From NCBI GenBank assembly GCA_964523395.1, contig CAZFXS010000003.1, positions 209,505-273,504 on the forward strand: DNA of 64,000 nt. The letters run 5' to 3'. Positions 26,420 to 36,775 of this stretch are shown piece by piece. Source of the DNA: an uncultured Chlorobiaceae bacterium (GTDB taxonomy: Bacteria > Bacteroidota > Ignavibacteria > UBA10030 > SZUA-254). The translations under genes and the position numbers were made by a program. The stretch's first letter is position 1; every line of letters starts with the position of its first letter. The notes beneath the pieces are model-generated. The model searched no databases. It saw nothing but the letters and a program-made list of their open reading frames with translations, and was not told where the DNA came from.

Positions 26420-27769
26420 TTATTGCCGTTTTCCCATCATCACGTAATCGCGTTTATCTTTTCCAAGATAAACCTGACGCGGCCGGGCTATTTTTTGGTC
26501 GGCATCAAGCAACATCTCATCCCATTGCGCAACCCATCCCGGAGTTCGTCCGATGGCAAAGAGTACAGGGAACATTTCAACCGGGAATCCCATCGCCTGA
26601 TAAATCAAGCCGGAGTAGAAATCAACGTTCGGATAGAGTTTCCGTTTAACAAAATAATCATCTTCCAACGCGATCCGTTCGAGTTCGAGAGCGATGTCGA
26701 GTTTTGGATTTCTGCCGGTGACTTCAAAGACTTCATCGGCGAGTTTCTTGATGACTTTCGCGCGCGGATCATAATTCTTGTACACGCGATGTCCGAAGCC
26801 CATCAGTTTGCCTTTGCCTTCTTTTACGTTCTTGATGAATGCGGGAATGTTATCTTTTGTCCGGATCTCATCCAGCATAACAAGCACGGCTTCGTTTGCT
26901 CCGCCGTGAAGCGGGCCATATAACGCTGCTGCCGCTGCCGCGGTTGCGGAGAACGGATCAACATGGGAACTTCCCACGTTGCGCATCGCGCTGGTACTGC
27001 AATTCTGTTCGTGGTCTGCATGGAGGATAAACAGCACATCCAGCGCGTGTTCCAGGACAGGGTTGACTTTATATTTCAATTCGGTCATTCTGAAAAGCAT
27101 GCTGAGGAAATTTCCAGCATAACTCATCTCGTTATCGGGATAGACATACCGTCTTCCCACGCTGTGGCGGAACGCAAACGCCGCAAGAGTCGGCATTTTA
27201 CCGACGAGGCGGTAAATCTGGAGCTTTCGTGATTCGGGATTGTTGATGTTTTTCGCGTCGGTATAAAATGTAGACAATGCAGCAACTGTACTGATGAGCA
27301 TTCCCATCGGGTGGGCATCATAATGGAATCCGTCAACAAATTTCTTGACGTTTTCATGAATCAGTGTATGCATCATGACATTGTTGGTCCATTCCTCATT
27401 TTCGGATTTTGAGGGCAGCTCACCGTAAATGAGAAGGTACGCGGTTTCAAGGAAATTACTTTTTTCCGCAAGCTGTTCAATGGGATAGCCGCGATAACGG
27501 AGAATTCCTTTATCGCCGTCGATGTAGGTAATGGTGCTTTTGCAGGCAGCGGTATTCATGAACGCCGGATCGTACGTCATCAATCCGAAATCATCGTCGC
27601 GGACTTTTATCTGGCGCAGGTCCATCGCACGGATTGTTTCGTTCTCAATAGGGATGTCGTACTGTTTCCCCGTTCTGTTATCGGTGATCGTAAGAGTGTT
27701 CTTTCCATTTTTTGTAGGTGCTACTTTTTCAGTCTTTTCAAGGACGGATGGTGCTGTATGGTTCGGCAT
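26420..27769 (-). CDS. gltA: Citrate synthase (type II).
   Basis: 449 aa with conserved blocks: GILRYRGYPIEQLAEKSNFLETAYLLIYGELP and the His/Asp catalytic residues context. Confidence 0.9.
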   Translation of the reverse strand: MPNHTAPSVLEKTEKVAPTKNGKNTLTITDNRTGKQYDIPIENETIRAMDLRQIKVRDDDFGLMTYDPAFMNTAACKSTITYIDGDKGILRYRGYPIEQLAEKSNFLETAYLLIYGELPSKSENEEWTNNVMMHTLIHENVKKFVDGFHYDAHPMGMLISTVAALSTFYTDAKNINNPESRKLQIYRLVGKMPTLAAFAFRHSVGRRYVYPDNEMSYAGNFLSMLFRMTELKYKVNPVLEHALDVLFILHADHEQNCSTSAMRNVGSSHVDPFSATAAAAAALYGPLHGGANEAVLVMLDEIRTKDNIPAFIKNVKEGKGKLMGFGHRVYKNYDPRAKVIKKLADEVFEVTGRNPKLDIALELERIALEDDYFVKRKLYPNVDFYSGLIYQAMGFPVEMFPVLFAIGRTPGWVAQWDEMLLDADQKIARPRQVYLGKDKRDYVMMGKRQ

Positions 27770-27996
27770 GGCTGACTCCTAAAAGAAAAATAGTACAGAT
27801 AGGATGGAATTAATTCGCTACAATGTACAAAAATTTCGTGAGAGATGCATGAAAAATCTCAAAAAGATTTACAGGGGATGTATACTTTTGCCGGAGTTGG
27901 AATTTCTGATGATCTGGTCTTAAATCGCGTCCTGAGAAAAACCGTTTTAAGGGGTAAGAGGAGGAGAGAAAGGCTGGCAGGAATATTGTACGGGTG

Positions 27997-30303
27997 TTAC
28001 TGTGCCAGCCGTTTATACGATTCCACGAGGTTGACGAATTCAGCCCGCGATCCTTCAAAATCATGACCAAGGGACGTCCTTGCCAGCGCGATTACGTCAT
28101 CGAATGAGGCATTACCGTTAAATCTATAACCCCGGAGGAGCATGCCGAACTGCGCCACAGCGGAAGCAAACCTGAAATTCAGTGATGCTTCGTCAAGGTC
28201 GATGCTTTCATCACGCACGGGCTTCGTGAGCAGTGTGCTGATTGAGGCCTCGGGGCGTTTATACCGGAGATTTATTGCCAGAAGTTCACTGGATATTTCC
28301 TTCGAAGCTGTGCTTTGGTACCGCAAAGAATCAGTTACCCGGATGCTCACCGGACCTGAGGATGGAATAATTTCATACAAAGCAGTTGCGGAGTGTCCCT
28401 CTCCGATCTCTCCCGCTTCGGTGCGGTCGTCGCTGAAATCACGTTTACCGAGGATGTGGTTTTCATATCCGATCAGGCGGTAGGACTTTACTTTCATGGG
28501 ATTGAATTCCACCTGGATCTTAACATCTTTCGCAATTGTATAGAATGTGCCGGTAAACTGTTTGACCAAAACGCGTTGCGCAGTCTGGACGTTTTCGATA
28601 TACGTGTAGTTCCCATTTCCTTTATCGGCGAAAAATTCCAATCGTTTATTGTTGCCATTTCCTTCGCCAAATCCGAGAATAGACAGGAATACTCCCTTTT
28701 GCTGGAGTTGCCCCAGTACAGAAACAACATTCCTGCTATCTGAATCACTCATGGTAAAATCACCATCAGTAGCAAATACGATACGGTTGTTGCCGCCTTT
28801 GACAAAAGCTTCGCTGGCAATGTTGTAGGCGAACACCATTCCGTCATCGCCGGAGATAGAGCCGCTTGTTTCGAGCTGGCTGATCGCGTCAAGTATTTTT
28901 TGCTTCCGGTCGCCGCGGGTCGCCGGCAGGACCAGCTTTGCAGATGCTCCATACGAAATAATCGATACTTTGTCCTGCTCGCGCAATTCATTGACAAGCA
29001 TGCTCAACGCGCCTTTGACAAGAGGAAGTTTGTTCGGTGAATCCATCGATCCGGAAACATCCACGAGGAATACTAGATTACTTGGCGGTAAATCTCTCGG
29101 ATTTATTTTCTTCCCTTGTAATCCTATCAGAAGCAATTTATTTTCCTGATTCCATGGACAAGCCGATAATTCCGTTACCAATGAAAACGGATTATCGCCT
29201 TTTGGCTGAGGATAGTCATACCGGAAATAATTAATCATTTCCTCAATGCGAACCGCATCCTTGGGAGGAAGTTTTCTTGTGGAAATAAACTTTCCAATGT
29301 TGCTGTACGACGAATTATCAACATCAACCGAAAATGTGGAAACAGGATTGAGCAGGGCATCATGAAACGCATCTTCTGCAATCACTTCATCCTGTGTTGG
29401 GACATAATACAGTGCCCGCTGCGTAGACGGAATAAACGATGCTATTTCTTCAATGATCGATTTTATCTCCCTCGTCTTGATATCCTGCGGCACCAAATCA
29501 TATGTTACAATTCCAGATTGAAGACTGACTATGTCACCGGGGTTTTTGACATCCGGCATCTGGATTGTTTCACTGCTTGTTATATTCTGCTGTGAGGAAG
29601 CCGGTGGTTGAACAGGCGAAGACTCAGACTTTTTTACATCGTTCAGGTCTGCAATGCTGGTGTTTACTGGCTTTTCTTTTTCAGCGTTGTGTGCAGGTGA
29701 TGATGGGCCGGGAAGGTTTATTTTAAAACTGCTTGCAGGAGGAGTGTGTAATGTTTGTGTAAGTTGTTGACTGCCCGGAGTTTGAAGGGATGAATTCTTC
29801 TTCTCGGCTGTTTCAGTCGTTCCCTCAGTAGTTTTTGTTGCCTGCTCTCCGGTTTGTGTTGTAACATCGGTGCGGGATGAAAGTAACGGTTGTTGCTCTT
29901 TTTGCCCGATCGTAAGCCAAACCGCATAGAGCGCTGCCGATAGAATCATCATTGCCGCAACGCGCATCAACAGGGGAGACTCGACTGATTTTTTCCTGAA
30001 GGTGTGCAGTTGCGGAACGGGTTTCCTATCGACAGCGCCATTCCGTTTCTCCACTAATCCACCAACATCCGGAAGTTTAGGTTTACTATGCAGTTGTGCT
30101 TCAATAACTTCTAGTAATCTGTGCGAAGGCGTGATCGAGCGCGGAAGTTTATGGATATCTTCCACGAGTTGCTGCAGTGTTTCATACTCAGTCCGGCATG
30201 ATTCGCATGCGATAAGATGGTTGATAACATCGACACGATCATGTTCTTTCAGGCATCCGTCAATAAAATCCTGAAGTTGGCTATTGACATGTTGGTTGTT
30301 CAT
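27997..30303 (-). CDS. Anti-sigma factor (zf-HC2) fused to a large periplasmic vWA / YfbK-like module.
   Basis: 768 aa. N-terminal H-x3-C-x2-C (HLIACESC) anti-sigma zinc-finger. One TM helix (LLMRVAAMMILSAALYAVWLTIG). An S/T/P/Q-rich linker. vWA domain with MIDAS motif DVSGSMD. The C-terminal region resembles DUF3520-type YfbK. It overlaps the ECF sigma gene by 4 nt. Confidence 0.65.
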   Translation of the reverse strand: MNNQHVNSQLQDFIDGCLKEHDRVDVINHLIACESCRTEYETLQQLVEDIHKLPRSITPSHRLLEVIEAQLHSKPKLPDVGGLVEKRNGAVDRKPVPQLHTFRKKSVESPLLMRVAAMMILSAALYAVWLTIGQKEQQPLLSSRTDVTTQTGEQATKTTEGTTETAEKKNSSLQTPGSQQLTQTLHTPPASSFKINLPGPSSPAHNAEKEKPVNTSIADLNDVKKSESSPVQPPASSQQNITSSETIQMPDVKNPGDIVSLQSGIVTYDLVPQDIKTREIKSIIEEIASFIPSTQRALYYVPTQDEVIAEDAFHDALLNPVSTFSVDVDNSSYSNIGKFISTRKLPPKDAVRIEEMINYFRYDYPQPKGDNPFSLVTELSACPWNQENKLLLIGLQGKKINPRDLPPSNLVFLVDVSGSMDSPNKLPLVKGALSMLVNELREQDKVSIISYGASAKLVLPATRGDRKQKILDAISQLETSGSISGDDGMVFAYNIASEAFVKGGNNRIVFATDGDFTMSDSDSRNVVSVLGQLQQKGVFLSILGFGEGNGNNKRLEFFADKGNGNYTYIENVQTAQRVLVKQFTGTFYTIAKDVKIQVEFNPMKVKSYRLIGYENHILGKRDFSDDRTEAGEIGEGHSATALYEIIPSSGPVSIRVTDSLRYQSTASKEISSELLAINLRYKRPEASISTLLTKPVRDESIDLDEASLNFRFASAVAQFGMLLRGYRFNGNASFDDVIALARTSLGHDFEGSRAEFVNLVESYKRLAQ

Positions 30304-30878
30304 CGCTGTAACCGCTCCTTTACCAGCATCCTTGCACGGTGAAGCTGTGCCTTGGATGTTCCGGGCGCAATGCCCATCATGTGTGCTATTTCCCTGTGGC
30401 GATACCCTTCAATGTCATGGAGAATGAGAATGGTACGCGCCTGTGTCGGAAGCGATGCGATTGCTTCCTCAAGATCAAGGGATTCTTCCGGTGAGATATG
30501 GTTTTCCTCAGCATCGTATTCTTCGATGTCTCCCGTGAACGTGATTTTTACGGAAAGTTTCTGCTCGTTGCGGATATGATCCAGAACTGCATTCACGGCT
30601 ATCCGGTGAATCCATCCTCCGAACGGGCTGTCTCCCCTGAAACTTGAAAGCATTTTCCACGCGCGCGCGATTGTTTCCTGTGCCATTTCTTCCGCACGGA
30701 GTCCATCCGCAAGCATGCGCAGACAGGTAGCGTAAATGTGTCCGATGTGCTGTCGATACAGCCGGACGAACGCATCCTTGTCTCCTGCCTGTGCTTGCGC
30801 AATCAGGTCGAGATCGTTCGCAAAGAGCTTTTTCTCTTTTTCCATTGCGATCTCCACTGTGGCGTAGTCTGTTATCAT
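30300..30878 (-). CDS. ECF-type RNA polymerase sigma factor (sigma-70 regions 2 and 4).
   Basis: 192 aa. Region 2 is FVRLYRQHIGHIYATCLRML and the region-4 HTH is HREIAHMMGIAPGTSKAQLHRAR. It is translationally coupled to the downstream anti-sigma gene. Confidence 0.85.
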   Translation of the reverse strand: MITDYATVEIAMEKEKKLFANDLDLIAQAQAGDKDAFVRLYRQHIGHIYATCLRMLADGLRAEEMAQETIARAWKMLSSFRGDSPFGGWIHRIAVNAVLDHIRNEQKLSVKITFTGDIEEYDAEENHISPEESLDLEEAIASLPTQARTILILHDIEGYRHREIAHMMGIAPGTSKAQLHRARMLVKERLQR

Positions 30879-30948
30879 ACAAGCCTCATAATAAAGACGT
30901 TACGCCTTCCAGTATGGTTTAAGCCGGTTAAAAAATAGCCCGATTTAG

Positions 30949-32376
30949 TTAAATTTGAGCGATATGGTCACAAACCCTTTTTGCAGTTTTTTCGGCACTC
31001 ATTACACAATCACCGACTGCGATTCCCCCCTTAAAGTTACTACAAATAAATGAACCTGCAAAGTTCTGCTCAAAATTATCAATTGCGTGAAGTATTTTAT
31101 AATATCCCAGGTTGTATTGGGGGATGGCTTTCTGCCATCTGATAATCTTAGTAAGGATAGGCGGCCCTGTGACGGAAAGGAGTTCCTTTAATTCATGAAG
31201 TACAATTTGTTGAAGTGATTTGTCGTCTTGGCCAGTAAGCTGAGGCTGGCGTGCACCCCCAATGAATGATGTCAGCGCAACAGCGTGCTCAGGCGAGCGG
31301 TTGGGAAATAGAGAGGATGTCCAGATCGTTCCGAGGATGTTGCGGCGTTCAATTTCAGGAACGAGAAAACCAAATCCATCGAGGTCACGGCCGATATCGT
31401 TTTTGGAAAATCCCATGAACACCTCAGCAACGGGAGGATAGTAAATCGATTCGAGGGTTTCCGACATGGCCGGATCGATGCGATGAATTATTTTCGCGGT
31501 CGCGTGGGCAGGCGCGGAGTAGACCACAGCATTTGGCTCGATTGTATGCTGAATAGCTCCCTGTTGGTAAGCAATTGTATAGACAGGATATTTCCCCGAG
31601 CGCATGGGAATAACGTGATTCACTGTTGCGTGATATTTTACTGAGGTGCCAAGAAAAGATGCGATCGCGTTTGGGAATGTTTGCATCCCGTCCTTGAATG
31701 AAAACAATCGGGCCCTGTCTTTTGCCACTTCCTTCCGTTTCTTCCGTTCTGAACGCGACCGCAGCGCTCCTTTGATGAGCGAACCGTAGTTAGCTTCCAA
31801 CGCGTACAATTTTGGAAACGCGCTTTGCACGGAAAGCTTTGCCGGATCTCCGGCGTATACTCCGGCGACAAACGGATTAATCGCGTAATCAAGAAATTCT
31901 TTGCCAAGACGGCGTGACACGAATTCGGCAATTGTCTCTTCTTTTGTCGCGCGCGCGATGAATGGTTCCTTGAGTAATCGAAGCTTTCCTCCTGTTGACC
32001 AAAGTTGAGAACTCAAAAAAGAACCTGGTCCCGTTGGCAGTGCGTGTAATGTTTTATCTTTTACAATAAAACGTTTTGATGCGCGTTCATCAGGATACTG
32101 CTGCAGATTGAGGATGCCAAGGTCTTCGAACATTTGTTTGAAGAGTGGAGTGGTTTCAAGCGCGCTGTTTGGTCCTGTTTCAATGAGCCAATCTCCGTCA
32201 TGGTCAGTTTTCATTGTCCCCCCTGGAGAATCTGAGGATTCAAGTACTGTAACGCTGACACCGTTCTTTTTTAACCAGTATGCGACGCAAAGTCCGGAAA
32301 TCCCGGCACCGATGATGACTACCGATTTACGGGAATGCAGTCCCAAAGGATTCAATATGTCTGACGCATCTGACAT
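30949..32376 (-). CDS. hemY: Protoporphyrinogen oxidase, FAD-dependent (HemY/PPOX type).
   Basis: 475 aa. The N-terminal dinucleotide-binding motif VVIIGAGISGLCVAYWL...VLESSDSPGG matches, and the gene sits in the heme cluster. Confidence 0.8.
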   Translation of the reverse strand: MSDASDILNPLGLHSRKSVVIIGAGISGLCVAYWLKKNGVSVTVLESSDSPGGTMKTDHDGDWLIETGPNSALETTPLFKQMFEDLGILNLQQYPDERASKRFIVKDKTLHALPTGPGSFLSSQLWSTGGKLRLLKEPFIARATKEETIAEFVSRRLGKEFLDYAINPFVAGVYAGDPAKLSVQSAFPKLYALEANYGSLIKGALRSRSERKKRKEVAKDRARLFSFKDGMQTFPNAIASFLGTSVKYHATVNHVIPMRSGKYPVYTIAYQQGAIQHTIEPNAVVYSAPAHATAKIIHRIDPAMSETLESIYYPPVAEVFMGFSKNDIGRDLDGFGFLVPEIERRNILGTIWTSSLFPNRSPEHAVALTSFIGGARQPQLTGQDDKSLQQIVLHELKELLSVTGPPILTKIIRWQKAIPQYNLGYYKILHAIDNFEQNFAGSFICSNFKGGIAVGDCVMSAEKTAKRVCDHIAQI

Positions 32377-32385
32377 GGTATTTTC

Positions 32386-33468
32386 TTACGAACGAGATTG
32401 TGCGGTCCAGTTGGGACAGAGCGTTGGGGATGTTCTTCCATTTTTTGTATTCATAATCATTCTACACGATGGAAGATCAATCGCCTTACCGGTGACGCGT
32501 TTCATCACCAGATCGACGAGGCATTCGATAAATTTGCGATGACTGTTAAGCGCAGGCATCATTTCAAATTGTTGCACACCGAGATGTTCAGCCTCCTCAC
32601 GTGTCTCTATGTTAATTTCATGCAGAGTTTCAATATGTTCCGTAACAAACGCCACAGGAATGACCAGGAGATGTTTTCTCCCCTGTGTGGCAAGATCATG
32701 AATAGTCGTGTGGATGGATGGTTTGAGCCATTCGGCCGGCCCGACTTTACTTTGATAACAAAGTGTATGGGGTGATTTCCATTTACCCTGAGCCATAGTC
32801 AGTCTGACAGTTTCTTCGATCTGAATCTGGTACGGGTCTCCTTCTTGTATCAAACTAACCGGTACACCGTGCGCGCTAAAGACGAGGTCTATCTCCTTAG
32901 GGTCGATGCCTGAGAATTTCGCGTATGCCTTGTTTACATTATCAACAATGGCATCAACATAAAGAGGATGATTATGATAACAGCAAATTGTTGACGACGG
33001 AATCTGCTGAAAGTTTATAATCTTGCATTGGCGATTCCATTCTTTAAAACTGGAAATCGTCGTAGCTTTTGAAAATTGCGGGTAGAGCGGAAGTAAAACA
33101 ATTTTCGTATACCGCTCTTTTTGTAATTGATGGATTACCTCCTCGGTGAGGGGATGCCAGTAACGCATTGCCACAAAGACTTTTGCTTCGATCTGTTTAT
33201 TCAATGCTGATTCCAACGCAGTTGCCTGATCTCTTGTCAGGTCGACGATAGGTGATTTACCGCCGATTTCACGGTAATGTTCGGCAACTTTTTTAGAACG
33301 GCGGGATGAAATAAACCGTGCCAGCGGTTTGCGTGCCAGAAACGCTCCCGGAAAGTTGATGATATCCGGATCCTTGAACAGATTATAGAGAAACGGTTCA
33401 ATTGCGTCAAGAGAATCAGGTCCGCCCAGCTGAAAAAGAACAACGGCTATTTTTTCTTTTTGGTTCAT
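32386..33468 (-). CDS. hemH: Ferrochelatase.
   Basis: 360 aa. The N-terminus IAVVLFQLGGPDSLDAIEPFLYNLFKDPDII is typical of ferrochelatase. Confidence 0.85.
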   Translation of the reverse strand: MNQKEKIAVVLFQLGGPDSLDAIEPFLYNLFKDPDIINFPGAFLARKPLARFISSRRSKKVAEHYREIGGKSPIVDLTRDQATALESALNKQIEAKVFVAMRYWHPLTEEVIHQLQKERYTKIVLLPLYPQFSKATTISSFKEWNRQCKIINFQQIPSSTICCYHNHPLYVDAIVDNVNKAYAKFSGIDPKEIDLVFSAHGVPVSLIQEGDPYQIQIEETVRLTMAQGKWKSPHTLCYQSKVGPAEWLKPSIHTTIHDLATQGRKHLLVIPVAFVTEHIETLHEINIETREEAEHLGVQQFEMMPALNSHRKFIECLVDLVMKRVTGKAIDLPSCRMIMNTKNGRTSPTLCPNWTAQSRS

Positions 33469-34358
33469 ATCCAGGATTTAGGTTGTTGTAATACATCGAT
33501 GAGATGTTGCTCGCGCGAACCGGCGACCGGGGAGTAATTATATTTCCATTCGACTTCCGGCGGAAGGGACATTAATATTGATTCTACTCTGCCATCGGTT
33601 TCTAATCCGAAGAGTGTTCCTCTGTCGTACACAAGATTAAATTCCACGTATCTCCCTCTGCGGACGCGCTGCCACTCCTTTTCAAGCGTACCCCATGGCT
33701 CATTCTTTCTCCGTTCGATAATCGGGAGATATGCCGCGAGGAACGCATTACCGATTTCTTTTACAAACAGGAATGTCGCTTCAGGGTTATCGCGGAGATA
33801 ATCAAAAAATATTCCGCCGATACCGCGGGTTTCCTTCCGGTGCTTGATAAAGAAATATTCATCACACCACTTTTTGAATCGTCCGTAATATTCAGCTGAG
33901 TGCTTATCGCAAGCAGTTTTCAGTGTTGTGTGAAAATGTCTGGCGTCGTCTTCAAAAAAATACCAGGGTGTCAGATCGGTGCCGCCGCCAAACCACATCT
34001 CGCCCTCGTCAAGGCGGAGAAACCGAAGGTTCATGTGAACAGTCGGAACCATCGGGCTATAAGGATGAAGGACGAGTGAAATGCCGGTGGCAAAAACTTT
34101 TTGCGGAGTCGTTTTTAACCGGGCGGCGAGGAGCTCAGAAAGAAATGTGTGAACAGCGGAGAAATTTACGCCGGCTTTTTCAAAGATTTTGCCATGTTGA
34201 AGGACTTTTGTGATGCCGCCGCCGCCGGCGGGGTGTGTCCACTTGTCTTCAGAAAATTGCTTGCCGCCATCAATGCGTTCAAGTCCTTCACAAATAATTC
34301 CCTGAAGGTGCTGAAAATATTCTTCTGCCTGCTGTTGCATTGAATTAGACGTGGACAT
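33465..34358 (-). CDS. hemF: Oxygen-dependent coproporphyrinogen-III oxidase.
   Basis: 297 aa with conserved HemF blocks (PAGGGGITKVLQHGKIFEKAGVNFSAVH, RRGRYVEFNLVYDRGTLFGL). It overlaps hemH by 4 nt. Confidence 0.85.
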   Translation of the reverse strand: MSTSNSMQQQAEEYFQHLQGIICEGLERIDGGKQFSEDKWTHPAGGGGITKVLQHGKIFEKAGVNFSAVHTFLSELLAARLKTTPQKVFATGISLVLHPYSPMVPTVHMNLRFLRLDEGEMWFGGGTDLTPWYFFEDDARHFHTTLKTACDKHSAEYYGRFKKWCDEYFFIKHRKETRGIGGIFFDYLRDNPEATFLFVKEIGNAFLAAYLPIIERRKNEPWGTLEKEWQRVRRGRYVEFNLVYDRGTLFGLETDGRVESILMSLPPEVEWKYNYSPVAGSREQHLIDVLQQPKSWI

Positions 34359-34457
34359 ATCGAATAGAGATTGGAATAATTACGTATAGCAAAAGTGTTA
34401 TATAAAAAATGCTCGCGGTGAGAGATGATCCCGCGAGCATTCAATGAACAGTAACGA

Positions 34458-34880
34458 TTACATGCCTTTGAGAATACGTTCAATCTGCTCGGCGTGGCCG
34501 GTTTCATCCATAAGCAGTTCCTCGAGTTTAATCTTCAAACCGATTTCACCCGCTTCTTCCGCCTGGATGCAACGCTGGCGGTAGTTTTCAATTGCTTCAC
34601 GTTCGAGTTTGAGGTCGTATTTCAGCATGCCCTTGACATCCTTCGGGCATTTATGCTGAACGGGAACGGTGGTCGGCTTCCCGCCAAGGGCCGCGATTTT
34701 CTCAGCGAGGAAAATCGCGTGTGCCATCTCGCCGGTAATTTCCGGAACCAAAAATTCTCGCAACTCTTCGCCATCCCATCCGGTCGCCGTTGATGTTTGA
34801 TAAAGATATAAGAGCGATGCGCCAAGTTCGTTTGCAAGATCCTGGTTCAATCCATCGATGAGTGCCTTTTTGTTTGCCAT
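34458..34880 (-). CDS. bfr: Bacterioferritin-like ferritin-superfamily protein.
   Basis: 140 aa. Di-iron ExxH motifs (EITGEMAHAIF, ELLMDETGHAEQIE) and an N-terminal LIDGLNQDLANELGASLLYLY segment resemble bacterioferritin. It is embedded in the heme operon. Confidence 0.55.
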   Translation of the reverse strand: MANKKALIDGLNQDLANELGASLLYLYQTSTATGWDGEELREFLVPEITGEMAHAIFLAEKIAALGGKPTTVPVQHKCPKDVKGMLKYDLKLEREAIENYRQRCIQAEEAGEIGLKIKLEELLMDETGHAEQIERILKGM

Positions 34881-34895
34881 AGTGTCTCCTTTGCG

Positions 34896-35960
34896 TTATT
34901 GATGATAGAGAATGCTTTGTTCTTTCACTGTTTGAACTAATAATTGTACATGTTCCACCGGGATGTCGGGATGAATACCATGCCCCAGATTAAAAATGTG
35001 TCCATGTCCTTTTCCGAATTTGTGCAGTATCGATTCAACTTCCTTTTTGATGATAGAAGGGGATGCATAAAGAACAGTCGGATCCAGATTTCCCTGCAGT
35101 GCAACTTTTGAATCGATACTCTTTCGCGCAACTCCGATGTCTGTCGACCAATCAAGCCCGACAACATCACACCCGGTATCTGCAATTTCTTTGAGAGAAT
35201 GCCCTGTATCCTTACAAAACACAATGACGGGCACTCCCGTAGTCCGGACTTCTTTCACTATCTGCTGAATATATGGGAGCGAGAAATTTCTGAATGCGTC
35301 TACCGTTAATATTCCGCCCCATGTATCAAAAATCTGAACCGCCTGCGCGCCTGCCTGCACCTTTGCCTTCAGATAACTTGTAACAGATTGTGTGAGCTTT
35401 TCTAATAGCATATGCAGAAGGCTCGGATTATTATACATCATTTCCTTTGCGTAGCGAAATGACTTCGAACCATGTCCCTCGATCATGTATGCTGCCAGTG
35501 TCCACGGTGATCCTGCAAACCCGATAAGCGGAACGCGTCCGTTGAGTTGCTTTCTGGTCAAGGAGACTGCATCGAGAACGTATTGCAGTTTATCTGCCGG
35601 GTCGGGAACACGCAATTTCCGAATGCTTTCTTCACTTCGGACCGGATGCGGAAATCTCGGGCCTCCTTTACCTTCTTCGACAATAAGTTCCATCCCCATA
35701 GCTTCTGGTACAACAAGAATATCGGAAAAAATTATTGCCGCATCAACCCCTATGATATCCACAGGTTGTATTGTGACCTCTGTAGCCAGTTCAGGTGTTT
35801 TGCAAAGCGTAAGAAAATCAGTTTTAGCCCGAACAGCCCGATATTCAGGCAAATACCGGCCGGCCTGGCGCATTATCCAAATTGGAGTTCGTGACGTTTC
35901 CTGCCGGCGGCAGGCCTTCAAAAACAGGTCGTTCTTCAGTGTTGTATCGTGTTGATTCAT
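34896..35960 (-). CDS. hemE: Uroporphyrinogen decarboxylase.
   Basis: 354 aa with the hallmark N-terminal PIWIMRQAGRYLPEY. Confidence 0.9.
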   Translation of the reverse strand: MNQHDTTLKNDLFLKACRRQETSRTPIWIMRQAGRYLPEYRAVRAKTDFLTLCKTPELATEVTIQPVDIIGVDAAIIFSDILVVPEAMGMELIVEEGKGGPRFPHPVRSEESIRKLRVPDPADKLQYVLDAVSLTRKQLNGRVPLIGFAGSPWTLAAYMIEGHGSKSFRYAKEMMYNNPSLLHMLLEKLTQSVTSYLKAKVQAGAQAVQIFDTWGGILTVDAFRNFSLPYIQQIVKEVRTTGVPVIVFCKDTGHSLKEIADTGCDVVGLDWSTDIGVARKSIDSKVALQGNLDPTVLYASPSIIKKEVESILHKFGKGHGHIFNLGHGIHPDIPVEHVQLLVQTVKEQSILYHQ

Positions 35961-35963
35961 CAG

Positions 35964-36764
35964 TTACAGTTTCTCTGGGTTTTCAAATTCAAGTTGGAAG
36001 TGGTGTATGATTGCTTCAATAAGTCCATGAATGGTAGAATGCCGCGCCGTAACATGCGGTGGAAATCCGTTTTGTATCAGCGCTTCAGCAGTTACCGGAC
36101 CGATGACCGCAAATACGGAATGTGAATAAATGTTCTGTGCTTTCTCAACGGAAAAAAGTGAAAGAAAATTGCGCACCGCAGAGGGACTGGCGAATGTCAG
36201 AACGTCAATTTCTCCGTTAACAATTCTGGCGTACATTTTCTCAGCATCCGCGACATCCGGTTTTACAGTTTGATAAACTTCGATTGCATCTACAATTCCA
36301 CCTAATTCTTCGATTCCTTTTGACAGTGTATTCTCTCCTAAATTTCCTTTGGGGAGAAGGAATTTCCTTCCGGAAATGTTTTCCTTCCTGAGAGATACAA
36401 CAAGTTCAGAAGCCGAGTAAGAGTCAGGTATCAATGTCACTGTGAAATTATGATGCTCGATAGCTTCCTTTGTTTTCTCTCCGACGGTATAGATCTGTTT
36501 ATCGCGAAGACAATCTATTGGAATTGCTGTTTCAGCCGCACGGCGGAAAAAGAATTCGACGCCATTCGTACTTCCAAAACAAATCCCGTCGTAGCCGGGA
36601 AGCTGTTTCATCGCTTTGTCGCACGCGTCCCATGATTGCGGCGGAGTAATTTCAATTGTTGAAAATATGACAGCATTTCCCCCAGCCCGTTCAATTGCGT
36701 GAACAGACTCTCCCGCCTGATGGCGGGATCGCGTTACCAGTATTGTTTTCCCGGATAAATTCAT
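35964..36764 (-). CDS. hemD: Uroporphyrinogen-III synthase.
   Basis: 266 aa. Its position between hemC and hemE and the two-lobe HemD-like sequence (GKTILVTRSRHQAG...) support the call. Confidence 0.7.
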   Translation of the reverse strand: MNLSGKTILVTRSRHQAGESVHAIERAGGNAVIFSTIEITPPQSWDACDKAMKQLPGYDGICFGSTNGVEFFFRRAAETAIPIDCLRDKQIYTVGEKTKEAIEHHNFTVTLIPDSYSASELVVSLRKENISGRKFLLPKGNLGENTLSKGIEELGGIVDAIEVYQTVKPDVADAEKMYARIVNGEIDVLTFASPSAVRNFLSLFSVEKAQNIYSHSVFAVIGPVTAEALIQNGFPPHVTARHSTIHGLIEAIIHHFQLEFENPEKL

Positions 36765-36775
36765 TTGGTATACGG

